A stretch of 64,000 bases of DNA from Escherichia phage A5-4, in sequence record OP744025; one strand, given 5' to 3'. The notes under the pieces are model-generated. The model was not told where the DNA came from and did no database searches. It saw only the letters and a program-made list of their open reading frames with translations. The position numbers and the translations under genes were made by a program. Shown one piece after another: positions 35,933 to 46,017 of the stretch (the stretch's first letter is position 1; each line of letters starts with the position of its first letter).

Positions 35933-36225
35933 TACAGATCTCCCAGGTCATCGTTATTGAAGTCAAGTTCTACTTTGCTCGGCAAATTCTTTGCTACCAG
36001 TTCAGTGTAGCCTCCAACGTACTCGCTGTCAATAAAAATCTGAGGAACTGTACGTGGAACATAACCAACAGCATCGCTTACCTTTTTAACCATCTCTTGC
36101 AGATTGCCAGAGTTTGCACCCACGTCAATATACTCATACTCATAACCTTTCTGATCAAGGAGGGTTTTTGCATTGTCACAGAATGGGCAGTTTACTTTAC
36201 CATAAATCACATTACTCATTATCAA
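35932..36225 (-). CDS. nrdC: glutaredoxin (NrdC-like)
   Basis: CPFC active-site motif; sits between nrdB and nrdD. Confidence 0.7.
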   Translation of the reverse strand: MIMSNVIYGKVNCPFCDNAKTLLDQKGYEYEYIDVGANSGNLQEMVKKVSDAVGYVPRTVPQIFIDSEYVGGYTELVAKNLPSKVELDFNNDDLGDL

Positions 36226-36256
36226 TCTCCTTTATCCAGAAAACAAAACTATTTAA

Positions 36257-36451
36257 TCACACTTCTTTGAACGTTGCAAGCACTGTTGATTCAATTTCGT
36301 AATAATTTTCACGAACTTTGATATCTTCATTCAATGCCCAAGGTACACCAAGGTCAGTGCTTACATATTGGAGATCATCTGATCCATCATAAACAGAATT
36401 CTGTTCAAACACAAAACCTTCCACTGCAAAAGTACAAATAAGTTTTTTCAC
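36257..36451 (-). CDS. hypothetical small protein (possible GTG start)
   Basis: Track ORF 36257..36520 overlaps nrdB; GTG with RBS ggaga after a hairpin gives a non-overlapping start. Confidence 0.35.
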   Translation of the reverse strand: MKKLICTFAVEGFVFEQNSVYDGSDDLQYVSTDLGVPWALNEDIKVRENYYEIESTVLATFKEV

Positions 36452-36491
36452 TTTTAGAATCTCCAGGTTAAGGGCCTTTCGGCCCAGCTTA

Positions 36492-37589
36492 TTAAAGTTC
36501 GAAATCGAAGTCAGATGCACTTACTGAAGAGTCAACCTGACCAGACAGATATTGACCATTTTCTAGTTCCTGTGGAGTCACCTGGACGTTTTTAGTATTC
36601 AGGTGGCTATTGATCCAAGGGATCGGGTTCTTCAGTGGCTTACCGATGAAACTATCTAAACCAACTGCTCGCATACGTTGGTCAGCCATATAATCTACGT
36701 ATTGCCACAGGATCTCTTTATTCAGTCCAACCATCGAACCATCTTTGAACAGGTATTCTGCCCAATCACGTTCTTGCTGTCGTGCCTGTAAGAACAACTC
36801 ACGGGCTTCATCTTTACAATCTTCTGCGACTCGTGCAATAAGGTCACCTTCACGACCACTCTGCATTTCGTTCAGAATATACTGAGTACCCGACAAATGC
36901 AATGCTTCATCACGAGCGATCAGTTCGATAATGTTGGTGTTGCCAGTCATGATACTACGCTCACCAAATGCAAACGAACATGCAAAACTCACATAGAAGC
37001 GGATTGCTTCCAAAGCATTAATACTGTGCATACACAGATACAGTGCTCGTGCATGTGCATAACGATCGACTGGCAAGTTCAAAGCGTAACGACTGTTCAA
37101 CTGGAATAAATCGTCATACAGCTTCGTAACTGCATCTGCACGTTCCAGAATTTCTGGAGTTTTCATGATCTCATCAAGAATTGCAGAAGGATCACTAAAT
37201 ACATTTCGAATAATGTGTGTATATGAACGGCTGTGGATTGTTTCACTGAAACCCCAAGTCTCAATCCAAGTTTCCAAAGCTGGGTCAGAAACAATTGGAA
37301 GTAATACTGCATTCGGGCCACGCCCTTGAACTGAATCAAGCAATGTTTGATACTTAAGGTTACTAATGAAAATATGTTTTTCATGATCAGGTAATCCCAT
37401 AAAGTCAATTCGGTCACGGGTCACATCGATTTCTTCCGGTCGCCAGAAGAATGCCAACTGCTTTTCTGTCAGCTTTTCAAATTTGTTGTGTTTTTGCTTG
37501 TCGTAACGAGAAACGTTAACAGACTCACCAAAGAACATCGGTTGTTCCATGAAATCAAACTGGTTTTTATTAAAAGTCGTGTAGCTCAC
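36492..37589 (-). CDS. nrdB: ribonucleotide reductase class Ia beta subunit
   Basis: N-terminus [33 protein letters not shown]...[13 protein letters not shown] closely parallels E. coli/T4 NrdB. Confidence 0.9.
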   Translation of the reverse strand: MSYTTFNKNQFDFMEQPMFFGESVNVSRYDKQKHNKFEKLTEKQLAFFWRPEEIDVTRDRIDFMGLPDHEKHIFISNLKYQTLLDSVQGRGPNAVLLPIVSDPALETWIETWGFSETIHSRSYTHIIRNVFSDPSAILDEIMKTPEILERADAVTKLYDDLFQLNSRYALNLPVDRYAHARALYLCMHSINALEAIRFYVSFACSFAFGERSIMTGNTNIIELIARDEALHLSGTQYILNEMQSGREGDLIARVAEDCKDEARELFLQARQQERDWAEYLFKDGSMVGLNKEILWQYVDYMADQRMRAVGLDSFIGKPLKNPIPWINSHLNTKNVQVTPQELENGQYLSGQVDSSVSASDFDFEL

Positions 37590-37644
37590 TTATTATCTCC
37601 TCTTCGTTAATCTGAAAACCATTATACCTGAACTTACCAAGAAA

Positions 37645-37986
37645 TCAATAGTTATTTCTTAAAATTTCAATTCCGTATCGCTTAAAAACTTCCTTCGCTG
37701 CCATAAACTTCTGTGCTGCACTTGGATTTGAAGTATGAACAAACAGAACAGCAGGATACAGGATCGGCTTCCCAAATACAAGCTTTTCTTCTAACATTTC
37801 TAAACAACGGTAGCCTTCTTTTGAATCTTCACCAAGGTCATTGTCGAAGTGCCATTCTGTTACCCGACGATACATTTTATTGGGGTCATCAAGGAACTCG
37901 ATAAACTGGTCAGAATTTTTAAACCAGATGGCATCATCATGCCCGTAATCTTTTGGATCTCTCAAATCATCAAGCCAAATCTTCAT
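37645..37986 (-). CDS. hypothetical protein between nrdA and nrdB
   Basis: ORF track. Confidence 0.55.
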   Translation of the reverse strand: MKIWLDDLRDPKDYGHDDAIWFKNSDQFIEFLDDPNKMYRRVTEWHFDNDLGEDSKEGYRCLEMLEEKLVFGKPILYPAVLFVHTSNPSAAQKFMAAKEVFKRYGIEILRNNY

Positions 37987-38044
37987 CTTTTCCTCCTGTC
38001 TCGTTTATGTGGTTTATTATACGGATTACCTTACCGAAGTCAAT

Positions 38045-38066
38045 AAAAAACCGCCCCGAAGGGCGG
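38045..38066 (-). terminator. intrinsic terminator (ccgccc cgaa gggcgg then T run on minus strand)
   Basis: Hairpin 38051-38066; A-run on plus side; downstream of the stop of gene 38073..38261. Confidence 0.65.
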
Positions 38067-38072
38067 TTAATT

Positions 38073-38261
38073 TTAATTGTACTTGTTGAGAATGTTAAAC
38101 ATATCTTTTGCAATATATTTATTGTCTCGACAACCAGCAAGGTTGTTACGAAGTGCAGCCATATAGATCTCTGTGCCGCAACCTGGGTAGGATGTGCCGA
38201 ATCTTTTTGCCTGTCGTTTAAATGTCCAACGATCAATAAAGAACCACGAGATAAATTTCAT
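38073..38261 (-). CDS. hypothetical small protein in a terminator-flanked cassette
   Basis: ORF track; strong RBS ctgaggagg; identical terminator hairpins on both sides. Confidence 0.55.
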   Translation of the reverse strand: MKFISWFFIDRWTFKRQAKRFGTSYPGCGTEIYMAALRNNLAGCRDNKYIAKDMFNILNKYN

Positions 38262-38269
38262 ATTCCTCC

Positions 38270-38291
38270 TCAGAACCGCCCCGAAGGGCGG
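38270..38291 (-). terminator. intrinsic terminator (ccgccc cgaa gggcgg)
   Basis: Hairpin 38276-38291 followed on minus strand by a T-rich run; downstream of the nrdA stop. Confidence 0.65.
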
Positions 38292-38301
38292 TTATTTATT
38301 G

Positions 38302-40560
38302 TCACAGTTTACAAGCACCTGATTCGCAGCCTTCATCCTCTTCATCTTCACCATCACGAGTTTCTTGATAGTAAACAGTCTTCAGGCCAATCTTGTAAGC
38401 ATACATCAGGTCACGCAGTACAATCTTAATCGGCAGTTTGCCACCTGGATAATCCCAAGGTTTGTAGAAGGTATTGGTCGAGATCGACTGGTCAATAAAC
38501 TTCTGGATGATAGCCATCAGGTTAAGATAAGCTGTCGGTCCGTTCATATCCCATTTGTACTCGTATACCACACCTTCCTCACCAACACCAGGAACCAGCG
38601 TCGGAAGCATACCCGCAGGTGACTTCTTAAACGTCACTGGACCACGAGGAGGTTCAATGCCGTTGGTAGAGTTAGTGATCTGGCTCGATGTTTCACAAGG
38701 CATCATTGTGGACAACGTTGAGTTACGTAATCCGTGCAATGCGATATCCAGACGCAAACTTTCCCAATCTTGTTGCAATTCTGCGGTATGCAACTGATCA
38801 ACTTCTTTCTTGTAGCGATCGATAGGTAAGATGCCACGAGAATAAGATGTTTGATCGTACCACTCACAAGCACCACGCTCTTTCGCCAACTGAACAGAAG
38901 CTTTCAGCAGGTAGAACTGGAATGCTTCCGCGAGTTTATGAACTTCATTGGCAGCTTCCGGCGAACTATATTTAAGTCCACGTTTAGCCAAGTAATACGC
39001 CAAGTTAGTCCAGCCAATACCTAAAGTACGACGCAGTAACGTTTTCTCTGCTGCAAGAACAGGGTAGTTCTGATAATCAAGCAGGTTATCAAGAGCACGT
39101 ACCGTGATCATAACAGGTTCTTCTAAATCTTCAAGCTTCTCGATCTTTCCGAGGTTGATTGCTGATAAAGTACACAGTGCAACTTCACCAGAATCTTTCG
39201 GGTCCTTAATGTTATTGATCGGAGCCGTAGGTAATGCAATTTCCATACACAGGTTAGACTGCTTAATCGGAGCCACTTCAGGAAGGAACGGACTGTTGCT
39301 ATTGCAATGGTCAACGTTCTGAATATAAATACGACCCGTCTGGCTACGTTCTTGAGCTAAACGAGTGAAAGCATCAGTCGCTTCAAGCTCTTTGCGAGGA
39401 ATGGAAGGATCTGCTTCCAATTTCTCATACAGTTCTGCAAATGCTTCTTGATCCGAGAAGAAGTATTTATACAGATCACCGTTTGCTACGTTTGGATGGA
39501 AGAAACTGATCTTGCCACCTTTCTGTAAGCGAGTATAGAAGAACTTGTTGATCTGAACACCATAATCAACATGTCGTGCACGGGTGCTTTCAGTACCACG
39601 GTTGTTCTTCATTACGATCAGGTTTTCAAAGTCCCAGTGCCAAATCGGGTAGAAGTAGTTAGCTGAAGCTTTACGCAGACCACCTTGAGATGCCCAACCT
39701 AAAGATTCTTGATACATTCGAACAATGCCAACCGTACCTGCATGTTTAACTTCCCCGCCGCGAATAGGAGCGTCCTGTCCACGAATAGCACCAAAGTTCA
39801 AACCGATACCTGCTCGCTGTGCTGCATACTTACCTTGTGCTTCAACTGCTGCAAAGATCTGGTTAATATCATCACCGGACTCAATCAGTACACAAGAACT
39901 GAATTGTCGAGTCGGGGTTCGTACCCCACCCATAATCGGAGTAGGCAGAGAAACCTTCATGGTAGAAACCATATTGTACAGATCAATCACTTTTTGTAAA
40001 CGCTTCTTAGGATCTTCTTTACTCATCAAACACATTGCGATCAGCATCAGTGCTGTCTGAGGGGATTCAAAGATTTCACCTGTTACACGATCCTTGACCA
40101 AATACTTATCTTCATACTGACGCATAGCTGCGTAAGTGTAATCAAAATCACGGTCATGATCGATAACTGTATCTAAGAATTCAATCTCTTCCTTCGTATA
40201 ATCTGAAATCAGATGTTCATCGTATTTACCGCGAGCCACAGTCATAAGAATGTGAGCATACAGTGGACGAGGTTCAAAACCACCATAAGCCTGCTTACGC
40301 AGTTTAAACAGAAGCAGACGTGCTGCTGGATACTGATAGTTTGGACTTTCTACACTAATTAGGTCCGCTGCGGACTTGATCAGGGTATCGTGGATCGCGT
40401 CTGTTTCTACACCATCATACATCTGAATCTGAGATTTCATCAGGATATCAGAAGGACTTACATCATTAACCCCTTCACAAGACCAAACTACAACACGGTT
40501 TATTTTCTCAGCTTCGAATTTCTCTACAGAACCATTACGCTTACGAACAGTAATACCCAA
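38302..40560 (-). CDS. nrdA: ribonucleotide reductase class Ia alpha subunit
   Basis: 752 aa; N-terminal ATP-cone-like region; C-terminal redox cysteine pair CESGAC. Confidence 0.9.
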   Translation of the reverse strand: MGITVRKRNGSVEKFEAEKINRVVVWSCEGVNDVSPSDILMKSQIQMYDGVETDAIHDTLIKSAADLISVESPNYQYPAARLLLFKLRKQAYGGFEPRPLYAHILMTVARGKYDEHLISDYTKEEIEFLDTVIDHDRDFDYTYAAMRQYEDKYLVKDRVTGEIFESPQTALMLIAMCLMSKEDPKKRLQKVIDLYNMVSTMKVSLPTPIMGGVRTPTRQFSSCVLIESGDDINQIFAAVEAQGKYAAQRAGIGLNFGAIRGQDAPIRGGEVKHAGTVGIVRMYQESLGWASQGGLRKASANYFYPIWHWDFENLIVMKNNRGTESTRARHVDYGVQINKFFYTRLQKGGKISFFHPNVANGDLYKYFFSDQEAFAELYEKLEADPSIPRKELEATDAFTRLAQERSQTGRIYIQNVDHCNSNSPFLPEVAPIKQSNLCMEIALPTAPINNIKDPKDSGEVALCTLSAINLGKIEKLEDLEEPVMITVRALDNLLDYQNYPVLAAEKTLLRRTLGIGWTNLAYYLAKRGLKYSSPEAANEVHKLAEAFQFYLLKASVQLAKERGACEWYDQTSYSRGILPIDRYKKEVDQLHTAELQQDWESLRLDIALHGLRNSTLSTMMPCETSSQITNSTNGIEPPRGPVTFKKSPAGMLPTLVPGVGEEGVVYEYKWDMNGPTAYLNLMAIIQKFIDQSISTNTFYKPWDYPGGKLPIKIVLRDLMYAYKIGLKTVYYQETRDGEDEEDEGCESGACKL

Positions 40561-40571
40561 TTTATTTCTCC

Positions 40572-40820
40572 TTATTTAGTTTCAGTTTTAGTTGCAGACT
40601 TGTTGATCAGGGTATCATATTTATCGACATTTTCAAGTGTCGGTTCACCTAATCGAACAGTTAATCCAGAATATTGATCGTGGTAAGTGTCGTCATAACC
40701 AAACGAGTCATCAACCAGATCATTAAACTGCAACCAACCTAAGTATTCATGCTTACTTGCAAAACCACGCTGGAACCATTTAGTTTGTTCAACCGGAACT
40801 GTTAATTTAGATTTACCCAT
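40572..40820 (-). CDS. hypothetical protein
   Basis: ORF track. Confidence 0.5.
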   Translation of the reverse strand: MGKSKLTVPVEQTKWFQRGFASKHEYLGWLQFNDLVDDSFGYDDTYHDQYSGLTVRLGEPTLENVDKYDTLINKSATKTETK

Positions 40821-40834
40821 AATATCTCTCCTTA

Positions 40835-41329
40835 TTATTTAATCAGTGTTTCAGAAAACTCAGGAAGATCCATAACGATTGTTTCGGAACGATCTTCTTT
40901 TCGTGTGTACTTACGGGTATTCACCTTTTCAACAACCGGAATATCAAAATCTAAAGAGTTAACAAAAGCTGTTGCTTTTGAACTTCTAACATCCAGAATG
41001 TCCATCTTTTCATAGATATCTACCAGCGGGAATTCTGATTTGTCACGTAGACGTCCAGAAAACACTGTTGTTTCACGGCAAAGGTACGGCTTGTCGATAC
41101 AACGCACATTCACTCGGTTAATTCGGTCAATCTGGCAAGGTTTATATTCACCAGTCTCTTCATTCAGAATTGAAACTTGGAAACCGATCAGGTGAAGGAC
41201 TTTACGAAGAGTTTTGTCATCCTTCGGGTCGAAGTTCATGATTTTTGCACATTCCAAAATGAAATCCAGAGTTACTGCACCGTATTTAACTTCTTTCTTA
41301 AAACCCATTTTAATCTCCTCGTACAACAT
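40835..41329 (-). CDS. hypothetical protein
   Basis: ORF track. Confidence 0.55.
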   Translation of the reverse strand: MLYEEIKMGFKKEVKYGAVTLDFILECAKIMNFDPKDDKTLRKVLHLIGFQVSILNEETGEYKPCQIDRINRVNVRCIDKPYLCRETTVFSGRLRDKSEFPLVDIYEKMDILDVRSSKATAFVNSLDFDIPVVEKVNTRKYTRKEDRSETIVMDLPEFSETLIK

Positions 41330-41395
41330 TTTAAAAGTGGGGCAACATGCCCCAGCGCCGATAATGATATAAAATTAACTAACCAATGTCAATAA

Positions 41396-42418
41396 TTATT
41401 TTGCAACATGTCCAGGAATTAACTGACGATGTTGAACAAACCCTTTCAGGTTACCACTCCAGAAGTTACCGTCGCGATCTACGTGAGTAATGCCTTCTTC
41501 CCAAGATTCTGGACACCACGGCACGTTCACCATGCTCTGCCCTTCTTCAACATCCTCACACGTTTCCTGGATCTCCTTCGCCTGATGCTCGAATGGAGAA
41601 GCGTGAACCTTTTTACCCGATACAAGCTTGGCATAAATATCCAGAGCCTTATCTTTCGTATTGTTAAGACGACGATAACTTACCTGCCCACAACAAGAGG
41701 AAGAGATAGACAAAGCTTCTTCTTCAGACAGCATAATATGATTACCATCTTCATCCTGTACACAATACCCTGCGAAAATATGTCCATCGCCCAAAGGTCC
41801 AGAGTCGAAGCAATGATCTACGTAAGGAGTATGCCACACCCCAGGCTGTAACCATTCTGGAGTAGAAGCTTTATAAGCTTCGTGCATTTTCTTAGCCAAT
41901 ACTTCGATCGTTGGATCTGCATCTGCATCAACACGTAGCCAGAAGAAGTTTTCAAATTCCGTTGCTGTAACGATAGTCTTCATCATCTGGAACGGTTCGA
42001 TCAATCGGTTAGCAATCTGCTTATGGAACCCTGCCGTCTCGAAACGTTCTGCCCATTCACAGGCATTTTCCGCAGCCTTGGCCCAAGCTTCTCGTCCGGT
42101 ACAGTACAGTTCATGACACACGCCACTTGTATCTTCCACCCAATCATACCATACTTTACCATCATGTTCTGTTCCTTTATCCTGCATACCAGGTTGGTTA
42201 GCACCAAATCGAACAGGCATTGCCATATTTTCACGGATCAGTTTAACCATTGTCTTGATCGGCACTGCACGAGAAGACATTGCATTTCGGCTAAACAGTC
42301 GGTGCGTCATAAGTTCTGAGTGAATGAATCGAGGATAGGTCAATTCAAACGTGGTGATACGAGCTTTACTACGATAGCCAACAGAATCTGCAATAATACG
42401 GGCTTCAATCATGGACAT
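41396..42418 (-). CDS. ThyX-like protein (flavin-dependent thymidylate synthase family) with atypical motif
   Basis: ELMTHRLFSRNAMSSRAVP resembles the ThyX RHR-x7-S signature but the first Arg is Thr; 340 aa is longer than typical ThyX. Confidence 0.5.
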   Translation of the reverse strand: MSMIEARIIADSVGYRSKARITTFELTYPRFIHSELMTHRLFSRNAMSSRAVPIKTMVKLIRENMAMPVRFGANQPGMQDKGTEHDGKVWYDWVEDTSGVCHELYCTGREAWAKAAENACEWAERFETAGFHKQIANRLIEPFQMMKTIVTATEFENFFWLRVDADADPTIEVLAKKMHEAYKASTPEWLQPGVWHTPYVDHCFDSGPLGDGHIFAGYCVQDEDGNHIMLSEEEALSISSSCCGQVSYRRLNNTKDKALDIYAKLVSGKKVHASPFEHQAKEIQETCEDVEEGQSMVNVPWCPESWEEGITHVDRDGNFWSGNLKGFVQHRQLIPGHVAK

Positions 42419-42434
42419 TCAAATCTCCTCTCTA

Positions 42435-42641
42435 TTAATTTAAATCTTCAACAAATTGTGGCAAGTAATCTTCAATTGGGCTACTCAAATCATTTTCTCT
42501 TACAATTTCCAAGTTAGCAAGTCTTTTCTTTGCCAAGTAAGAAATAAATTCCTTAGTATCTACCCTGTGTCCTTCTAGTGCCAACTTACCGTCAATATAA
42601 ACACCTTCCCAATCTTCACCTTCGAAAAATACTATTTTCAT
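42435..42641 (-). CDS. hypothetical protein
   Basis: ORF track. Confidence 0.5.
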   Translation of the reverse strand: MKIVFFEGEDWEGVYIDGKLALEGHRVDTKEFISYLAKKRLANLEIVRENDLSSPIEDYLPQFVEDLN

Positions 42642-42823
42642 TTTATTTTCCTGATTTTGTAATCAACACGAACATCATACATAACGTGAAGATACATGTC
42701 AAACATTTCTTTGCACATATCGCTTTTTACTTTGAAGGAAGCCAAAAGGCTTCCATTTTCTTTAGAAAGGATCTCTACATAATCCCCTTCCCTAACTACC
42801 CACCTTCCTTTACCACATCTCAA
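42638..42823 (-). CDS. hypothetical protein
   Basis: ORF track. Confidence 0.45.
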   Translation of the reverse strand: MRCGKGRWVVREGDYVEILSKENGSLLASFKVKSDMCKEMFDMYLHVMYDVRVDYKIRKIK

Positions 42824-43425
42824 GATTCTCTCTCCAAAATAAATTCAGCAATCGATGCCCAATCGCTAGTTACCAAGTCGTAACATCCGATCTCTTCTTC
42901 ATCTTGACTGAAGGGTGTATCATACTTGATTTTTACTACCTTGTCACTAAATTGATTCAAAAATTTATTACGATCATCAATGATGTAATCACCCGAAACT
43001 CCAGCCTTGTACTTTGTAGCATAAAAACCACACCCGTCTGTTCCATTTTCAAGGTCCAGGTTAGGGAAGTGTCGCTTCAAGAAACGAACCTTACTGCTAA
43101 AATGACCTTTCTTGCAATAAGAAACAAACCGAATAGGGAATCCTGCGGCATGTAACTTGTTGATTGCATCTACCGCTCCCGCAATAGGGAACATCTTATC
43201 ATACAAGAAAGGATCTTCCCAATAATCATACGGAGGGATAGCCTTCTTACAGCGATCAGGGAAGTACCGAGAAAGATTGTAATCAAAATACCCATTCTCG
43301 CTAATGTCCTTTTCCATAAGGTCAGAATCAGCCTCCATATTATAGATGCTTTCCATCCAGTGCAACCAAGGCCATCCAGAATCAACGATAGTTAAGTCAA
43401 CATCCACAATGATCGCTTTTTTCAT
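42820..43425 (-). CDS. HAD-superfamily hydrolase (nucleotidase-like)
   Basis: N-terminal IIVDVDLTIVD (DxDxT) motif. Confidence 0.55.
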   Translation of the reverse strand: MKKAIIVDVDLTIVDSGWPWLHWMESIYNMEADSDLMEKDISENGYFDYNLSRYFPDRCKKAIPPYDYWEDPFLYDKMFPIAGAVDAINKLHAAGFPIRFVSYCKKGHFSSKVRFLKRHFPNLDLENGTDGCGFYATKYKAGVSGDYIIDDRNKFLNQFSDKVVKIKYDTPFSQDEEEIGCYDLVTSDWASIAEFILERES

Positions 43426-44064
43426 TTACTCTTTCCCCTCTGAGAGTTTGATAATTAATTTTGCAGTTTCAGTTAGCTTACCATTAACGTTTTCAACGTC
43501 GAAATCTCTAGGTCGTGCACTTTCAGGGAAATTCTCAGAGTAAATATAATTACGAGAATCACCTTCAAAAGTTAATTTATTACCTGTTCGTGGATCAGTA
43601 CGATGTAAACGGATCAGGGTGTAATCACCATTTACCGCTTTAACTACCGGAACACTTTCATGAATAAATCCACCATCAGAGCTAATAAATGTACAAGTAT
43701 AACCATCCATTTCCATACTTTTCGCAATATCTTTAACACGCTTGGCAAGAGCAACACCGAAGTATTCTTCCCCGAAGAGAGGCTTCGCAACATTCTCCGA
43801 GATGTGGATCAGCCAGTTACGTGGGGACACTTGTTTACCTGCAACATTAAAATATGGTTGAGGTACTTCTTTATAATCACGGTGGTAAAGTGCATCCCAC
43901 AGTTCACGATTAATACCTGCAATACGAATAGCTAGATCGATAAGGGAACCTTTAAACTCCACATGAATACCCACGTTGTTGCCTACGGTAACTAACTGAG
44001 CGATCTCACCAGCAAGAGCATCTTTACCAGAAAAAGCAGGACCATTCAAATTGATAAATTTCAT
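43426..44064 (-). CDS. deoxynucleoside monophosphate kinase-like (T4 gp1-type)
   Basis: P-loop-like GPAFSGKD resembles the T4 Dnk G..RSGKD motif. Confidence 0.5.
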   Translation of the reverse strand: MKFINLNGPAFSGKDALAGEIAQLVTVGNNVGIHVEFKGSLIDLAIRIAGINRELWDALYHRDYKEVPQPYFNVAGKQVSPRNWLIHISENVAKPLFGEEYFGVALAKRVKDIAKSMEMDGYTCTFISSDGGFIHESVPVVKAVNGDYTLIRLHRTDPRTGNKLTFEGDSRNYIYSENFPESARPRDFDVENVNGKLTETAKLIIKLSEGKE

Positions 44065-44089
44065 ATTAATCTCCTCTCAGTTTCACAAT

Positions 44090-44111
44090 AAAAAACCGCC
44101 CCGAAGGGCGG
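44090..44111 (-). terminator. intrinsic terminator (ccgccc cgaa gggcgg)
   Basis: Same hairpin as at 38051 and 38276; downstream of the stop of gene 44123..45217. Confidence 0.65.
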
Positions 44112-44122
44112 TTAAATCAAAA

Positions 44123-45217
44123 TTACAGAATGTTTGCCAGCGTTTTCTTCATCGCTGCCTTCTCGCGAACATTCTGACGATCTCGTGCACAAGAACCACA
44201 TTCTTGACAACGATAAATCTTGAACTTAGACAAGAACGTTACTGCTGACTTACCTTCCTCAATAACCAAGTCGTCACTACCACAACGAACACAACGCATT
44301 GCCGTCTGATCTTTGTGGAACAATGCAATGTTCGGATGTTTACGCATGAAAGGTCGTACAGTCAGATACAGTTCTTCCAGCGTTGGAATATCACCAATGT
44401 TATATTCTTCCATCTCTTCAAATGCGGTTGGGTCACCTTCAACACAACGTCGCCACAGACTGAAACCTTCGTGCGACAGCTTACGACTATCAAGTTCAAA
44501 ATAGTTACATGCTGCTTCAAGTGCATTTGAAGGAAGAGAGAAAGCTTCTTTCAGTGCAGCCAATGTATCGATCGTAATGTAAGGACTTGGTGGTTGCATA
44601 CCGTAATATGCGAAACGCTGATTTGCCCAACCACGGTCAAAGCGAGCATTATGTGCGATGAAGATATCACATTCATCCAGAACTTTCCACAGGTCTTCGA
44701 TCAACTTACGATCTGACTGGTGATCTCGTGCAAACTCTTCTGGATAATCCGTCAGCTTACGGCTGAAGATCGACGGGTTGTGCAACCACTTACCAGCAAA
44801 TGTCAGCATGTACGGTTCCATAATTACCTGCTTCGGTGCAATGAACTGTTTAAATCGTCCAAACGAATATGCAACAGAAGGAGATGTTTCAACGTCACCA
44901 AGGAAAACTTTAGCACCTGGGTTCTGCTCTTTGATCTTTTCAATGAAATCTTTTTGAATCTTAGCAACAGGTTCACCACCCGACTCTTTCTGCTGCATAT
45001 ATTCTGCATAGTTTTCGTAATCTTCATACGCCGGAGTGATTTCAAGGAGTTCTTTAACGCTTGAAACATCATTCTTTTCAATTTCACGACGGATCATATT
45101 ACGAACCGTGGATTCCTGAGACTCTTTACCCAATTGGCGAGCTACTTCGCGCTGAGACAGACCGTGTTTCATCAGTTGCAGAACTTGTTCAACAGTAAAA
45201 GTTACTTTATTAGTCAC
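44123..45217 (-). CDS. DEDD-family 3'-5' exonuclease with N-terminal HTH and C-terminal zinc ribbon
   Basis: Exo motifs FLGDVETSP, IAHNARFD, YNIGDIPTLEELY; C-terminal CVRCGSDD...CQECGSC. Confidence 0.55.
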   Translation of the reverse strand: MTNKVTFTVEQVLQLMKHGLSQREVARQLGKESQESTVRNMIRREIEKNDVSSVKELLEITPAYEDYENYAEYMQQKESGGEPVAKIQKDFIEKIKEQNPGAKVFLGDVETSPSVAYSFGRFKQFIAPKQVIMEPYMLTFAGKWLHNPSIFSRKLTDYPEEFARDHQSDRKLIEDLWKVLDECDIFIAHNARFDRGWANQRFAYYGMQPPSPYITIDTLAALKEAFSLPSNALEAACNYFELDSRKLSHEGFSLWRRCVEGDPTAFEEMEEYNIGDIPTLEELYLTVRPFMRKHPNIALFHKDQTAMRCVRCGSDDLVIEEGKSAVTFLSKFKIYRCQECGSCARDRQNVREKAAMKKTLANIL

Positions 45218-45227
45218 TAAAAACTCC

Positions 45228-45473
45228 TTATTTAAAAAATTCGATTACATCGGCAACAGCAAAGTCACGGATATCTTGTTTATCTACATCATACGCTTTC
45301 ATAAACCACTGTTCGCCACGATGATACGGCGATTCACCATACCACATCACTGGCGTTCCAGTTACAGTACGATAACCACACTCACCTTTCCAATTGCGGT
45401 AATAAAACCGCAAGGTTGGTAAACCGTAGGTGTTATGGTCAACTTCTTGACTCATACAAATAACCCTCCTCAA
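45228..45473 (-). CDS. hypothetical protein
   Basis: ORF track. Confidence 0.5.
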   Translation of the reverse strand: MRRVICMSQEVDHNTYGLPTLRFYYRNWKGECGYRTVTGTPVMWYGESPYHRGEQWFMKAYDVDKQDIRDFAVADVIEFFK

Positions 45474-46017
45474 GTTTATCGATAAACGCTTTCACATAAA
45501 GAGTTATCATCTCTCCTTTATCCAAACCCTCATCGATAACTACATTGTACCTCAATAAAGCGTTCGTTGCAATTGTTTCTTTCTTTAATCTCTTCAAATA
45601 TTTTTTCAGGTCAGCAACAATCTCACCATGAAACTTTCTTGAAGAGTAATCCCTTTCGAGATAGTCAGCCATTCTACGCAGAACTTCACTCATTGTCAAG
45701 TCTGTTTTATCTTCCATGTGCTTAGACCAAAGTTTTTGTACACCACCTTCGAAAAGGTTCAGTGTGCTTCCAATAACACCTCTGACCTTTCCGTCAAAGT
45801 GATCATGGTCTAAACAAGGCTTCTCCATAACTTCACCCAGTATAGCACAAACTCCTTGTTGGTCAAGCAATATTTCATCACGATATTTTGCTATTTCTTT
45901 TGACCCACTTACCCAAAGATCCTTATTTAGTTTCACACGGATAGGTGTAGTCGCCTTATCCTTTGCTGTGAATAGAGGCTTCTTTGACCGCCGCTTCCTC
46001 ACTCTCGGTACTCGCAT
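45439..46017 (-). CDS. endonuclease VII-like protein
   Basis: CLDHDHFDGKVRGVIGSTLNLFEG parallels T4 endo VII HLDHDH...GKVRGLLCNLCNAAEG but the second Cys pair is missing. Confidence 0.5.
   Translation of the reverse strand: MRVPRVRKRRSKKPLFTAKDKATTPIRVKLNKDLWVSGSKEIAKYRDEILLDQQGVCAILGEVMEKPCLDHDHFDGKVRGVIGSTLNLFEGGVQKLWSKHMEDKTDLTMSEVLRRMADYLERDYSSRKFHGEIVADLKKYLKRLKKETIATNALLRYNVVIDEGLDKGEMITLYVKAFIDKLEEGYLYESRS

Noticed and set aside
37953-38429. 158-aa plus-strand ORF spanning the nrdA 3' end and two terminators
   Set aside because: It overlaps the confidently identified nrdA on the opposite strand and runs through two terminator hairpins; its translation is low-complexity.
44720-45064. 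Plus-strand 114-aa ORF inside the exonuclease gene
   Set aside because: It lies antisense to a gene with clear DEDD motifs and has no start context.
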